A DNA stretch of 64,000 nt from positions 8,063 through 72,062 of the forward strand of contig JAPLWH010000014.1 of the NCBI GenBank assembly GCA_026396715.1, in the 5' to 3' direction. The stretch's first letter is position 1. Every line of letters starts with the position of its first letter. Source of the DNA: Candidatus Kaiserbacteria bacterium. Its GTDB lineage: Bacteria > Patescibacteriota > Minisyncoccia > Phycocordibacterales > Phycocordibacteraceae. The position numbers were made by a program, and so were the translations under genes. Under the pieces are notes generated by a model. The model ran no database searches. It was given only the letters and a program-made list of their open reading frames with translations, and was not told where the DNA came from. This document shows positions 18,348 to 28,010 of the stretch, piece by piece.

Positions 18348-19067
18348 GTGATATCAACTTTCTTCCACGCAGTTTTTTATAATCCGATTTACAACGCGCT
18401 CGTCGCGCTCGTCGCGCTCGTGCCCGGTTCCGACGTGGGCATCGCCGTCGTCCTCCTTACTATCGTCATTCGGCTCGTCCTACTCCCCTTCTCGCTCTCG
18501 GCGGCGCGCACCCAGCTTGCGATGAAGACTCTGGAACCGAAGCTCAAAGAGCTGAAAGAGAAATACAAGGATGACAAAGAGAAAGAGGCTCTTGAAACAC
18601 TCGCGCTCTATCGTGAAGAAAAGGTTAATCCATTTGCGAGTATCCTTACGGTTTTCATCCAGATCCCGGTGCTCCTCGCGCTTTACTGGGTCTTCCTCTA
18701 TGAACCGCTTTCCGTGATAAATACGGCGCGGCTGTACGGTTTTACGCCTGTGCCGAGCGCCGTCTCCTTTGAATTCCTCGGACTCATCCTCATCACGGGC
18801 AAGAGTCTCGTGCTTGCGATACTGGCCGGCCTGACCCAATTCCTCCAGGCGCACATGGCACTTTCAGGGACGATGAAGCCTTCGACGGGCGGCGGCATGC
18901 AGGGAGATTTCCAGAAAGTGATGGGCATGCAGCTGAAATACGTCTTCCCGTTCATCATCGGGACCATCTCCTATACGGCTTCAAGCGCCATCGCGCTGTA
19001 TTTCATCACGACGAACCTCGCGGGAGCCCTGCAGGAGTGGTATGTGCGCCGCTCAGTGCTTTCGTAA
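18348..19067 (+). CDS. yidC: membrane protein insertase YidC (short form)
   Basis: Multi-TM protein with the YidC/Oxa1 core (KLKELKEKYKDDKEK...). Part of the rpmH-rnpA-yidC synteny. Confidence 0.85.
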   Translation: MISTFFHAVFYNPIYNALVALVALVPGSDVGIAVVLLTIVIRLVLLPFSLSAARTQLAMKTLEPKLKELKEKYKDDKEKEALETLALYREEKVNPFASILTVFIQIPVLLALYWVFLYEPLSVINTARLYGFTPVPSAVSFEFLGLILITGKSLVLAILAGLTQFLQAHMALSGTMKPSTGGGMQGDFQKVMGMQLKYVFPFIIGTISYTASSAIALYFITTNLAGALQEWYVRRSVLS

Positions 19068-19070
19068 CGC

Positions 19071-20270
19071 TTAGAGTCGATACGACCAGAGTGATCCGTC
19101 GTTCTTGTTAACGAAGACGAGCACGGTGCCTGCTGGATTGATCGCGAGCGCGGTCGCGTCGAGAGATTCTTTTGCTTCTAGCGGGAAATCGAGTACTAGC
19201 TGCGCGTAGCGGTCCGCGACCTGTATCTTCCAGAGGCGGTCATTGAAAGAAAGTGCTCCCTGGTACCAGTCGTCGGGGTAGCGAGCCTCAAGAGGCGGAT
19301 TCATGGGGACGCCGCAGTAGATGGCAGATTCGTCGGCTGCCCATACGCACTTATCGGCAATCGTAGCTATCGGGAGCGGGATGGTCGCGCCGGTTACAGT
19401 GTTTACCAATTCCATGTGCATCGCCTCATCGAGGACAGAACTGACGAGTACCCACTTCCCTGACGGGCTTGCAAGGGCTGCGAGGCCGTTTTCCGGTCCG
19501 GCGATGCGGGAGAACCGCCCAGCACTGTCGACGAGGAAAGCGTCTCCAGGAAGCTTCGCTGAAGGTTTTGTGAACGCGAGGTACTGATTCTTTCCCGCAA
19601 AGGAGACGTGCGCTGCAGAAAGAGGTGTTGAGAAGATCGTCGAGGAATGCGTCCCATCCGTGTGCGAGAGCGACGCGATGGAGCCGTTTACGCCCGAAGC
19701 GAGCGAGAGTACGCTCGTCGAGGCAGTCGCCAGGTCAGAGATGTTTTGCGATAGGAAGAAACCGTTCGTGCCATTTGCACGCAGTGCGTAGGTGTTGATG
19801 GTGGAAAAGTCGGCGCCCGACAGATAGCGTACGAAAGCGATCGATGCGTCGGGAAGCCATGCGGCTGTCTGAATGCCGGGGAGAGTCTTATTTGATGTGC
19901 GCATGAGTGTCGAAGCCGCCACTTTGTAGGAAAAGATATTGCCGCTTTGCCGCTCGATGTAGCTGACGGTAACTTCCGGCGAGGAGCTTGCGTTCGGTGC
20001 TTTGGTATCGACAACGACTTCGCCCGGCACGACCGGTCCGGCGCTTATCTTCACGAGTCGTGCAGAGACTGAGGTCGGCGAACCTGTGGCCGAGCTCGGC
20101 GCAGGAGTTTCTTCGGTAATCGGTGTCGGACTCTCCCCCGCTATCGGTAAGCCACCGCCATTATCGGGAGTTACGGTAACGGTAGTCGCCGAAAAGAAAT
20201 AAAAATAGACAGCCACTCCGACTCCGAGGAGGACGAGGATGATGCTGGTGATGATAAGTGTGCGTCGCAT
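19071..20270 (-). CDS. membrane-anchored hypothetical protein with large extracytoplasmic domain
   Basis: N-terminal TM helix (LIITSIILVLLGVGVAVYFYFF). First gene of the T4SS-like cluster. Confidence 0.45.
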   Translation of the reverse strand: MRRTLIITSIILVLLGVGVAVYFYFFSATTVTVTPDNGGGLPIAGESPTPITEETPAPSSATGSPTSVSARLVKISAGPVVPGEVVVDTKAPNASSSPEVTVSYIERQSGNIFSYKVAASTLMRTSNKTLPGIQTAAWLPDASIAFVRYLSGADFSTINTYALRANGTNGFFLSQNISDLATASTSVLSLASGVNGSIASLSHTDGTHSSTIFSTPLSAAHVSFAGKNQYLAFTKPSAKLPGDAFLVDSAGRFSRIAGPENGLAALASPSGKWVLVSSVLDEAMHMELVNTVTGATIPLPIATIADKCVWAADESAIYCGVPMNPPLEARYPDDWYQGALSFNDRLWKIQVADRYAQLVLDFPLEAKESLDATALAINPAGTVLVFVNKNDGSLWSYRL

Positions 20271-20272
20271 AA

Positions 20273-20953
20273 TTAGAATGAAATGCTCTGGGTCGTGCCG
20301 ACACATTTGATAGCGAGAGCCAAACCTTGGCTACACCCGCTTCCGCCAAGGAGTCCGCCAAGGATTTTTTTCCCATTCGGAATGATTTGATTATTCGAGT
20401 TGATACAATAGGTTTGCCCACTGATACCTCCATCGTTCTTGCAAGATGTTATTGCGGCGTCACAGTTTCCGTCATCTGAACACGTGTACAGTTTAAACGC
20501 TGATCCGTTACTGGATGTGGCGTCAGCCACTGGCTTTGGTGTCCCGTAATTTACTGCCGGTGCAGTCAGATCAAGCTCTGGGAGACTCAAGGAGAGGTTC
20601 AGGATGCTTGGATTGATGATGGAGAAGACGAGTACTGGCGAGAGGACAAGAATGAGTCCGCCGATGGCATTGTAAATCCTCTCCTTGGCATTGCTTTTTG
20701 AAGAGACGCTGTCTTGGGTCGAGTACTCGAGTCCGCCCCAGATAATCTCGATGATGGCGAGTATCGCGGCGAGGCCGATGAGATATTTGTAGAGATTATT
20801 GAAAAACTCAGCGAGGTTTCCCGAGGTCGCGGCGCCCCCTTCAGTAAGACCCGGGATGGGTGCGAGCGGTACAAAGTCTTGAGCGGCGAAAACATGCGGC
20901 ACGAGTCCGATAAAGAGGAAGAATATAGACGACAGTAGTATTTTTTTCATCAT
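20273..20953 (-). CDS. VirB2/TrbC-like pilin candidate with Cys-rich C-terminal extension
   Basis: Signal peptide followed by two hydrophobic helices (LIGLAAILAIIEIIWGG, IGGLILVLSPVLVFSII), as in T4SS pilins. C-terminal tail has 8 Cys. Start at MMKKILL. Confidence 0.4.
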   Translation of the reverse strand: MMKKILLSSIFFLFIGLVPHVFAAQDFVPLAPIPGLTEGGAATSGNLAEFFNNLYKYLIGLAAILAIIEIIWGGLEYSTQDSVSSKSNAKERIYNAIGGLILVLSPVLVFSIINPSILNLSLSLPELDLTAPAVNYGTPKPVADATSSNGSAFKLYTCSDDGNCDAAITSCKNDGGISGQTYCINSNNQIIPNGKKILGGLLGGSGCSQGLALAIKCVGTTQSISF

Positions 20954-21033
20954 CCCGTTAGAAATGGAATTGGGGTGCTGCCGTTGCGGCATAGTTTTGG
21001 TATTCATAAATTGTTTTGAATTTCTAACGGGAC
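20954..21033. repeat. palindromic element copy a (cccgttagaaat ... atttctaacggg)
   Basis: 12-13-nt terminal inverted repeats around an 55-nt variable core. The proximal half abuts the ATG of the pilin-like gene. Confidence 0.7.
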
Positions 21034-22026
21034 TCATAGGCCGAAGAGGTTAAAGCTTTTCGCTGCGCCGAAAGAGAGAGTGAGATTAGTATTTGCGGTC
21101 GTGGAGTTGCCAGTCGAGGCGGTAACCGAGAGCGACGCCGTCCCTTCCCCATTTCCCGACGGTCGGAGCGTTATGGTGCTGCCCGTTTGAGCCGATTCTC
21201 CGTTTAAGAACCATTGGAGAAGTGGTGAGCCACTAGTTGTCGGTAAGGAGAATGGTGCGGCAAACAACGACGCCTCAGCGCCGGTAATAGCGTATTGCTC
21301 GGGGAGTGCATGGTCGAAGAGGATGCCGAGCAGCGCATCGTTCTGGTAAATACGGAGGGAAGGTTCTTCCGCAGCAAGCGAGAGCGACGCGCCACCGACG
21401 AGACTTCCATTGGGGCTCGTGACCGCGACGGAGACCGAGCGTGCGCGGTACTGGAGCGGCGACGCGACCAAGATTGCCGTCCGCCCGATGCCCGAGGAAT
21501 TTGCGATCTGTCGGTCGTCGACCGACCATGCGTATGAGAGCGTATTGGGCGCGAGCGTCTTCCCTCGCGCATCTTGGAAGTTCGCCATCGCAACGACGCG
21601 CACGCTCCCCTGGAGTGGTATCAAGGGCTTACCAAGGTAGAGCGACGGTGCCGAAGAGATCGGCTCAGCGACAAGTACGACGTCTTGCGGCTGGATGAAT
21701 ATCGACTGGACATAGGGCACACCATTTGAAGAAATCGTTACTTTTACGTTTGTGACACTTCCTGCTTTCCCGAGCGGGATGCTGAGGGGCTGTACAGCAC
21801 CTCGGTAGAATTCTTTTCCGGCGAGTGCGACGGTCATGACGGCATTGGCAAGATCGAGAGTATTTGAGAGGAGAGAGATCGTCGCCTGTCCGTATGGTGT
21901 CGGGTATTGTGGGCGCGCCGAGACCGTAAAGGATGCGCTGTCGGCGCCGCTCCCGAGGGATTGCGCGTCGGCAGTCGACGGCAGGAGCGCGAGAATGAAA
22001 AAAGCAGCGAAGAGATAGGAACTCAT
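21034..22026 (-). CDS. secreted hypothetical protein
   Basis: Signal peptide (FAAFFILALLPSTADA). No recognisable domain. Confidence 0.45.
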   Translation of the reverse strand: MSSYLFAAFFILALLPSTADAQSLGSGADSASFTVSARPQYPTPYGQATISLLSNTLDLANAVMTVALAGKEFYRGAVQPLSIPLGKAGSVTNVKVTISSNGVPYVQSIFIQPQDVVLVAEPISSAPSLYLGKPLIPLQGSVRVVAMANFQDARGKTLAPNTLSYAWSVDDRQIANSSGIGRTAILVASPLQYRARSVSVAVTSPNGSLVGGASLSLAAEEPSLRIYQNDALLGILFDHALPEQYAITGAEASLFAAPFSLPTTSGSPLLQWFLNGESAQTGSTITLRPSGNGEGTASLSVTASTGNSTTANTNLTLSFGAAKSFNLFGL

Positions 22027-22055
22027 GCTCCTAGTATATAGCCTTTCTGGAATAC

Positions 22056-22820
22056 TTATGCCGCTTTGCGCAGTTCGTCGGGGATATTTTTTCCTCGCGA
22101 CGTCTTCCCTGCCCGCTCCGAAGGGAAACGCAAGACACTCGCTGGTGTGCCGGTAGATTCCTCACCCTCTTCCCCTCCCTCCTCCATCTCCATCACTTCT
22201 TGTTGTTGAGCGGCGTTCGCCGGAACTTCTTGGAACTGTCTCATTTCAGCGGCGCGTTGCTGGCGTTCTTGAATCTCCGCAGCAGCATTCTCCGAATGAT
22301 ATTTTTTCAAGGTCTTTTCGTCGTTTTTGATTTGCGTGCGATACATCCTTAGTACTGTAGCGGTAAGTGCCGGCAGCGAACCGAGAATGGGAACTTCGCT
22401 GAGGATAAGACTCCCTCCGAACCAAAGGATGTTTTCTTCGAACAGGCGCGCATTTGTTCCCAGTATCCAAAGAACGATTGTGAGCCACCCCATGAGTCCG
22501 AGTGCCATAGCCAAAATGATGCCAAATGTCGCGAAGAGTGGTGAGCCGAGGGATCCTGCTGCTGCGGCTGCTGATCCGCAAAACATGCCGGCGACTTTTA
22601 CTGCAGTCGCGCCACCGCCAACCACTGCGGCCGCTTTCGCGGTGCAATAGACCGCGGCGAAGGATGGGCCGAAAAACCAAAATTGCTCGCTTATGAATCG
22701 GAGGATATCAAAGACGATTGCGACCGCGAGAACGGGCGTCGCCTTCGTCCATGTCATCGCCTCGGGCGGCTTACTGATTCTTCGTGAGGGCATGGCGGTC
22801 CTTCTCCTGTTTGATAGCAA
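22056..22820 (-). CDS. polytopic membrane protein (possible VirB6/TrbL-like channel component)
   Basis: Four to five TM helices and a charged C-terminal tail. Located directly downstream of VirB4. Confidence 0.4.
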   Translation of the reverse strand: MLSNRRRTAMPSRRISKPPEAMTWTKATPVLAVAIVFDILRFISEQFWFFGPSFAAVYCTAKAAAVVGGGATAVKVAGMFCGSAAAAAGSLGSPLFATFGIILAMALGLMGWLTIVLWILGTNARLFEENILWFGGSLILSEVPILGSLPALTATVLRMYRTQIKNDEKTLKKYHSENAAAEIQERQQRAAEMRQFQEVPANAAQQQEVMEMEEGGEEGEESTGTPASVLRFPSERAGKTSRGKNIPDELRKAA

Positions 22821-24591
22821 GAACCTGTGAAGGGTCGGAAGTAATGATCTGGTCTTCGGTGTAGCTTGCGACGATCTTTATCGCGACGTGTTTGAGTCCC
22901 GCGAAGAAGAGTCCCTCCCCCACCCCCGCTTCGAGCAAGAGATATTTCTCTTCATCGGTCAGGTTGAAGGTCTGTTGCAGGACATCAATCGTTGTCGGCG
23001 ATTGCTTGAGCAATAGTTGTAGCGATGAGTTTGTGAGGATCGGCCGCCCATAGGGACTCTTCAAGAAGTCTTCGACGTCTTGGGTAATGGTACAGACACC
23101 TAGGTAGTATTTACGACCGCGTTTCGCGACGGAGTAAAGGAACGAGGCAGTGTCTTCGCTCTTCATCATCCACCAGGCTTCGTCGATGACGAGTAGGCGC
23201 TTCTTCAGGTCATGGCGCACGGCATTCCAGATGTAGTGCGTGATGATATACATCGCGACCGGCTTCAGCTCGTCTTCCATGTCGCGCACCGAAAAGACGA
23301 CGAATTGCTGCTTGAGGTCTATGTTTGTCGGCTGATTGAGGAATCCTGCCCAGGTACCGCGCGTGTATTTGGAAAGACGCTCGACGAGCGATTCGCTTCC
23401 CTCCATGCCGGAGAGTACCTGTTCGAAGTCGGAGAGCGACGGCGATTCCGCACCGGTAAAATCGGCGTCGCCGGTAATGTCTTTGAGCGCATAGGTCTCG
23501 CTGATGGCGCGGTCGATGATGGCGTCTTCTTCCGGACTCAATCCGGAGAGCATGATGCGGAAGAGTCCGACGAGCGCGATGATGTTGGAACGCAGGATGT
23601 CCTTCGGGTCTTCGTCTTCTTTTACCGGAGGCAGGTCGAACGGGTTGATGTGATGCTCGGAAGAGAGCGATATATGGAATGAGCGTCCGCCCGTCGCTTC
23701 CGCGAGCTGCTCGTATTCGCGCTCGGGATCAATGACGATGATGTCGGTGCCGAACATGAGTGAGCGCAGGAGCTCGAGCTTCGTTGCATAGCTCTTTCCG
23801 GAGCCGGATTTCGCGAAGATGACGGAATTGTAGTTCTCGAGCGAGAAGCGGTCGAAGAGGATGAGGGATGAGTTGTGGCGATTGATGCCGTAGAGGATGC
23901 CGCGATCGCTCGTGAGGTCGAAAGACACGAAAGGAAAGAGCGACGAGAGCGGTGCGGAATCGAGTTTCGAATTGACGAGGAGCTCGTCGGTGCCGAGCGG
24001 GAGGCACGAGCGGAAGCCTTGTTCCTGCTGGAAGAGCGCCGGCTTGGTGTAGACGAGCTTCGCGTCGAGGATGCCGCGGATGTCCCCTTCCGTCTTATCG
24101 ATCTCTTCTTTGGTGTCACCGTAGAGCGCGAGGTAGAGCCCGACGTCAAAAAGTTTTTCCTGAGCTTGCTGCAGATTGTCACGCAACGTTTCGAGATCCT
24201 GGTACGCAGTGTCGAGCAGTGGATCGCGGACGAGTCCTTTCGCTTCACGTTCGCTGATCTGACTCTGAACCTCGGCAACTTTCTTCTGGAAGCCACGGAG
24301 TGCGACCTCGGTCTCTATCGGATGGATGAATATGGAAATATCGAGCACTTTGTCGAGATTGATGACGGGCGAAAACCAACTATCAGAAAGGAATCGTGGG
24401 TATGAAATCGTGTAGAACACCCGGGCAAACTTTTCTCCGAGCTCGATTTCGCGCGAACTTATCTTGAGTGCTGCCGGAGCGATCGTGTCAACAAGGTCCA
24501 GGGAGCCCTGGCGGTAGATATCGGACGGCAGAACCGGGATGATCGCCGGTGCCTCTTCTTTCTTTCGACCAAGGAAATCAAGCAGTGCCAT
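22771..24591 (-). CDS. virB4: VirB4/TraC-family type IV secretion ATPase, ATPase portion
   Basis: Walker A AKSGSGKSYATK, Walker B LLVIDEAWWMM. Homology extends across the full VirB4 C-terminal two thirds. Confidence 0.85.
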   Translation of the reverse strand: MALLDFLGRKKEEAPAIIPVLPSDIYRQGSLDLVDTIAPAALKISSREIELGEKFARVFYTISYPRFLSDSWFSPVINLDKVLDISIFIHPIETEVALRGFQKKVAEVQSQISEREAKGLVRDPLLDTAYQDLETLRDNLQQAQEKLFDVGLYLALYGDTKEEIDKTEGDIRGILDAKLVYTKPALFQQEQGFRSCLPLGTDELLVNSKLDSAPLSSLFPFVSFDLTSDRGILYGINRHNSSLILFDRFSLENYNSVIFAKSGSGKSYATKLELLRSLMFGTDIIVIDPEREYEQLAEATGGRSFHISLSSEHHINPFDLPPVKEDEDPKDILRSNIIALVGLFRIMLSGLSPEEDAIIDRAISETYALKDITGDADFTGAESPSLSDFEQVLSGMEGSESLVERLSKYTRGTWAGFLNQPTNIDLKQQFVVFSVRDMEDELKPVAMYIITHYIWNAVRHDLKKRLLVIDEAWWMMKSEDTASFLYSVAKRGRKYYLGVCTITQDVEDFLKSPYGRPILTNSSLQLLLKQSPTTIDVLQQTFNLTDEEKYLLLEAGVGEGLFFAGLKHVAIKIVASYTEDQIITSDPSQVLAIKQEKDRHALTKNQ

Positions 24592-24592
24592 A

Positions 24593-25258
24593 TTAATTAT
24601 CTAAGCGGATAGGGTTTTCGAGCTCTCCCGGATTGAAAGAGCGATAGAGGAGCTCGATGGCTTCTTCAGTGCCGAGAGGGACTGCGCGGACGCCGGTACC
24701 AGCTAAGCCGCCGATGACGAGCGAAAGACGCTGTTCAAGTTGTGCGCGATCTTCTTCGAAGGAAGTCGCCGCTGCCGCGCTTTTCGCCCCGGCGCTCTCG
24801 CGACGCAGGAAGCCGACGGCGCGCGCGGCGGAGACATGCGGCGCGAACGGTACGACAATATAGAACGACTTGGTCATGATGTTCGCCTGGTCAGTGAAGG
24901 AACGTACGAATTCGATGTATTCGCGCAGCTGTATCCGCATGAGCTCGGTCTTTTGTTCCGGCTCCTTCCCTTCTAGTAAGGCAAGGTACGGGCGCAAATC
25001 CATCTTGCGAGAGTTCACCACGATCTGTATCGAGAAATCGAGCGTGTTGAGGAAATTCTGAAAGCCGAGCGTGATCGCGTGCTGCTCGTCAGCGGATTTA
25101 AGTCCGAAGTTTATGGAAGAACAGAGGAGTACGCCACGGTACCCGCCGTCTTTGAGGATGATCGTACCGTTCCGGATCTCTTTGACCGGAACGAATTGTT
25201 GCGTCGCACCTGCGGGTTTTTCAGTCATATCAGGATTCTTTATGTGGTGTGGTGACAT
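24593..25258 (-). CDS. VirB4 N-terminal domain encoded as a separate ORF
   Basis: FVPVKEIRNGTIILKDGGYRGVLLCSSINF resembles the N-terminus of Gram-positive VirB4 homologs (PrgJ/TcpF). Its stop lies 1 nt before the ATG of the ATPase ORF. Confidence 0.6.
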   Translation of the reverse strand: MSPHHIKNPDMTEKPAGATQQFVPVKEIRNGTIILKDGGYRGVLLCSSINFGLKSADEQHAITLGFQNFLNTLDFSIQIVVNSRKMDLRPYLALLEGKEPEQKTELMRIQLREYIEFVRSFTDQANIMTKSFYIVVPFAPHVSAARAVGFLRRESAGAKSAAAATSFEEDRAQLEQRLSLVIGGLAGTGVRAVPLGTEEAIELLYRSFNPGELENPIRLDN

Positions 25259-25667
25259 CGAGCGACCAAGCGAGATCGGAAAGTCTTCCGCGTGTCAGTC
25301 TCGGGGTGTGGGCGGCTTTTTTGAGCGCTGCTTCTGCTTCCACGGCCGCCGCTGCGGCGGCCGTGACATTCTTTTCCGACTGCATAGGCTCATGGTGCTT
25401 CCAGAGAAAGAGTTTTGCGCCTACGTAGTAATTAAAACCGGCTTCGAGCATTTCGATAAATGATTTTCCGTTTACCCGATAGAATGCGAGCGCCGCTGCG
25501 AACGCTGCAACCGGTAGCGAGAACAAGACGGCGAAGATGAATGAAAAATAAGCAAAGAAGGTGACGCAAAGTCCGGTCGCACCTGCAATGTAAATGAATT
25601 GACGCAGGGTCAGCGGCCCAATGATCTTATCTTCGACCTCGATGAATTGCGGAACGTGGTACTCCAT
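25230..25667 (-). CDS. PrgI-family / VirB3-like small membrane protein
   Basis: N-terminus MEYHVPQFIEVEDKIIGPLTLRQFIY resembles the PrgI-family N-terminal motif and has two TM helices. Lies immediately upstream of VirB4. Confidence 0.5.
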   Translation of the reverse strand: MEYHVPQFIEVEDKIIGPLTLRQFIYIAGATGLCVTFFAYFSFIFAVLFSLPVAAFAAALAFYRVNGKSFIEMLEAGFNYYVGAKLFLWKHHEPMQSEKNVTAAAAAAVEAEAALKKAAHTPRLTRGRLSDLAWSLDVTTPHKES

Positions 25668-25740
25668 TGTCTTCAGTATACCAGTCGCTGCCCCGCACTG
25701 TCGTCACGCACATGTGTAATACAATTTTTGTGGACGTACC

Positions 25741-26001
25741 CTAAGCCCCGCTCCCCTTAATGTCTTTCGATTGAATCGGGCTCTCGATGCCTGGTGACCA
25801 TTTTGCTTGAATCGTGCCGAATTTCTTTTCGTATTCGTCGATTTGATGAGCGAGGCTCTGTACGAGTCGCTTCATGTGCGGTGGCGTGAGCGCGTAGGCT
25901 TGCGCTGTTTCTCCGACGCTCATGATCATGACGAAATTTTCTTCCGAGTGTCCGGCGGCGACATTTTCGCAGAATTGCTTGGGGATTTTATTGAAGTCCA
26001 T
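25741..26001 (-). CDS. small conserved hypothetical protein (86 aa)
   Basis: Only the C-terminal part (MDFNKIPKQF...) of track ORF 25741-26373 is taken. The rest overlaps the M50 protease in another frame. Confidence 0.4.
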   Translation of the reverse strand: MDFNKIPKQFCENVAAGHSEENFVMIMSVGETAQAYALTPPHMKRLVQSLAHQIDEYEKKFGTIQAKWSPGIESPIQSKDIKGSGA

Positions 26002-26008
26002 AGGCGTA

Positions 26009-26644
26009 CTATACCCCACTGCCTGAGACGAGCATAAAGACCCAGGTGACGAAACTGAAAAACGGTCCGGAGAGGATATAGGAGAAGACAATAAGAAAGA
26101 GGACGAGTGAGAGCGCGCCTGCGGTACGGACTTGGTGTTCAAAACGGCCGAGTCCAGTAGCGAGGTGCCACGGAAGCGCGCCGCGCAGCACGGTAAAACC
26201 ATCGAGCGGCGGAAACGGGATGAGATTGAAAAAACCGAGGAAGAGATTGACGAAAGCGATTGTCGCAGCAAGCGAGAGTGCGCTCGCATCAAATCCTGCC
26301 GCCGAGCCGTACCGCACGAGAAGTCCGAAGATGAGCGCGAGAAAGAGGTTGGTCGCGCTGCCGGCGCCCGCAACGAGCATCTCTCCCCATCGCCGATTTT
26401 GCAGATTGTAGGGATTGTAGGGTACCGGTTTCGCCCAGCCGAAGAGTATCGGCGAGTGTGTGAAGACGAGAAGTGCTGGGAGGACGATCGAGCCCATGGG
26501 GTCGATATGTGGGAGCGGATTGAGCGTCAGGCGTCCGGCGAGGCGCGCGGTCGGGTCACCGAGGGAATTGGCCGCGTAGCCGTGGGCGACCTCGTGGGCG
26601 ATAACCGAAAGGATGAGAACGACAAGTGAAAGGAGGGTGTCCAT
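26009..26644 (-). CDS. site-2 protease family (M50) zinc metalloprotease
   Basis: HEVAHG (HExxH), LNPLPHIDP and FNLIPFPPLDG motifs. Multi-TM. Confidence 0.8.
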   Translation of the reverse strand: MDTLLSLVVLILSVIAHEVAHGYAANSLGDPTARLAGRLTLNPLPHIDPMGSIVLPALLVFTHSPILFGWAKPVPYNPYNLQNRRWGEMLVAGAGSATNLFLALIFGLLVRYGSAAGFDASALSLAATIAFVNLFLGFFNLIPFPPLDGFTVLRGALPWHLATGLGRFEHQVRTAGALSLVLFLIVFSYILSGPFFSFVTWVFMLVSGSGV

Positions 26645-26683
26645 GTTTGCTGGTTTCGTATCCTATGCTACCATGCGACAACT

Positions 26684-26926
26684 ATGGCAAGAACCTGCGA
26701 AATTACCGGAAAGAGCACGCAAATTGGCGGTCGGTACTCTAACCGTACCCGCGCGACACAATTTAACCCGACGGGCAAGGTGCGCCGAAAGGCAAATCTC
26801 CAGAAGCGCCGCATTTACGTGCCGGAGCTCAAGAAGACGGTTATCGTCGATATTTCAGTAAAGGGTCTCAAGACCATCAAGAAGAACGGTGCGTTCGCAG
26901 CACTCAAGAAGGCCGGAGCTATCTAG
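26684..26926 (+). CDS. rpmB: 50S ribosomal protein L28
   Basis: MARTCEITGKSTQIGG... with basic composition and L28 length. Confidence 0.85.
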   Translation: MARTCEITGKSTQIGGRYSNRTRATQFNPTGKVRRKANLQKRRIYVPELKKTVIVDISVKGLKTIKKNGAFAALKKAGAI

Positions 26927-27381
26927 TTTTTAATCTTCGTGACGGTTCCTCCGTCCGAGACAAAAACGCCCGCAGGGGCGTTTTTGCGTATCTCGATATC
27001 AATATAGGTATCGGTACCGAAAGTAAGTCGCTGGCTGTGCGTCAGGGATATCTGCCGCGTCACTTGGTAATGACTGAGAACATCTGGCAGTCCGCCGACG
27101 GCGCTGCTTTTCCCGCTGGTAAGCAGTACCACGTCGATTCTCCTTTGCCATGGCGGTAGCTCTTTTCCGAGCGCGCGCAATATGCTCGCATCGGGGCCGG
27201 TGTCGATGAGGATTGTCGCGCCGCTCGGCGTGTGAAATAAGGTCGCGCTACCCTTCCCCACATCGAGCGGCACCGCGGTAAGCACTCGCGGCGCAAGCAG
27301 TACGTGATACACGCTGATATTTCCCACAAGGAGGACGCTAAGAAGGAGGAAGTAAAAACGTCTCGGCAGTTCGCTTTGCAT
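26923..27381 (-). CDS. metallo-beta-lactamase-fold protein corresponding to the ComEC C-terminal domain, encoded separately
   Basis: LDVGKGSATLFHTPSGATILIDTG resembles the ComEC metallo-beta-lactamase region. N-terminal TM helix. Confidence 0.55.
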   Translation of the reverse strand: MQSELPRRFYFLLLSVLLVGNISVYHVLLAPRVLTAVPLDVGKGSATLFHTPSGATILIDTGPDASILRALGKELPPWQRRIDVVLLTSGKSSAVGGLPDVLSHYQVTRQISLTHSQRLTFGTDTYIDIEIRKNAPAGVFVSDGGTVTKIKN

Positions 27382-27398
27382 ATGATAGATTTTATCTC

Positions 27399-28010
27399 AT
27401 GACCTACCCAATCAAAGCATTTAATCTACCTACTCTAAACGGACTTTCAGAAAAACAGATCAAGGTGCATCTCGCGCTTTATGAAGGTTACGTGAAGCAT
27501 GCGAATCTGATCATGGAAAAGCTTGCCGCTGTTCGTGCTGGCACGCTTGAGCTCGATGCGTACATTGTCGCGGAATTGCGCCGCCGTTTCGCTTTTGAGT
27601 TTGACGGTATGCGCATGCATGAGTACTACTTTACGCAATTTGAGGGTGGTTCGGTCCCCTCCTCTGCCGACAGCGCTCTTGCGAAGGCAGTTGCCGAGAA
27701 ATATGGTTCGACTTCGCTCACCACAGGTGGCAGCGGACTTGAAGCACATGTGAAGGAAGTCGCCGGAAGCCGTGGTATCGGCTGGGTCGTCGTCTATGCC
27801 GATCCTTCTGCACAGACGCTTCACGCGGTCTTTGTAAATGATCACGAAGTCGGGCAGCTCTCTGGACTACCGATCATTCTCGCTCTCGACCTTTGGGAGC
27901 ACGCCTTTATGGTGGACTACGTCCCCGCGGAGAAGAAGAATTATATCGAGGCTTTCTTTTCCAATCTCAATTGGAGCGTCGTCGAAAAGCGTTTTGAGGA
28001 AGCGAAATAG
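27399..28010 (+). CDS. sodA: Fe/Mn superoxide dismutase-like protein
   Basis: C-terminal DLWEHAFMVDY (SOD D-x-W-E-H-A-Y-Y-like motif) and SOD-like length. The 3' end overlaps comEC on the opposite strand. Confidence 0.65.
   Translation: MTYPIKAFNLPTLNGLSEKQIKVHLALYEGYVKHANLIMEKLAAVRAGTLELDAYIVAELRRRFAFEFDGMRMHEYYFTQFEGGSVPSSADSALAKAVAEKYGSTSLTTGGSGLEAHVKEVAGSRGIGWVVVYADPSAQTLHAVFVNDHEVGQLSGLPIILALDLWEHAFMVDYVPAEKKNYIEAFFSNLNWSVVEKRFEEAK

Noticed and set aside
25741-26373. 210-aa low-complexity minus-strand ORF (R/S-rich) from the ORF track
   Set aside because: Its upstream two thirds overlap the well-supported M50 protease gene in another frame. Only the last 86 codons (25741-26001) look like a real small protein.
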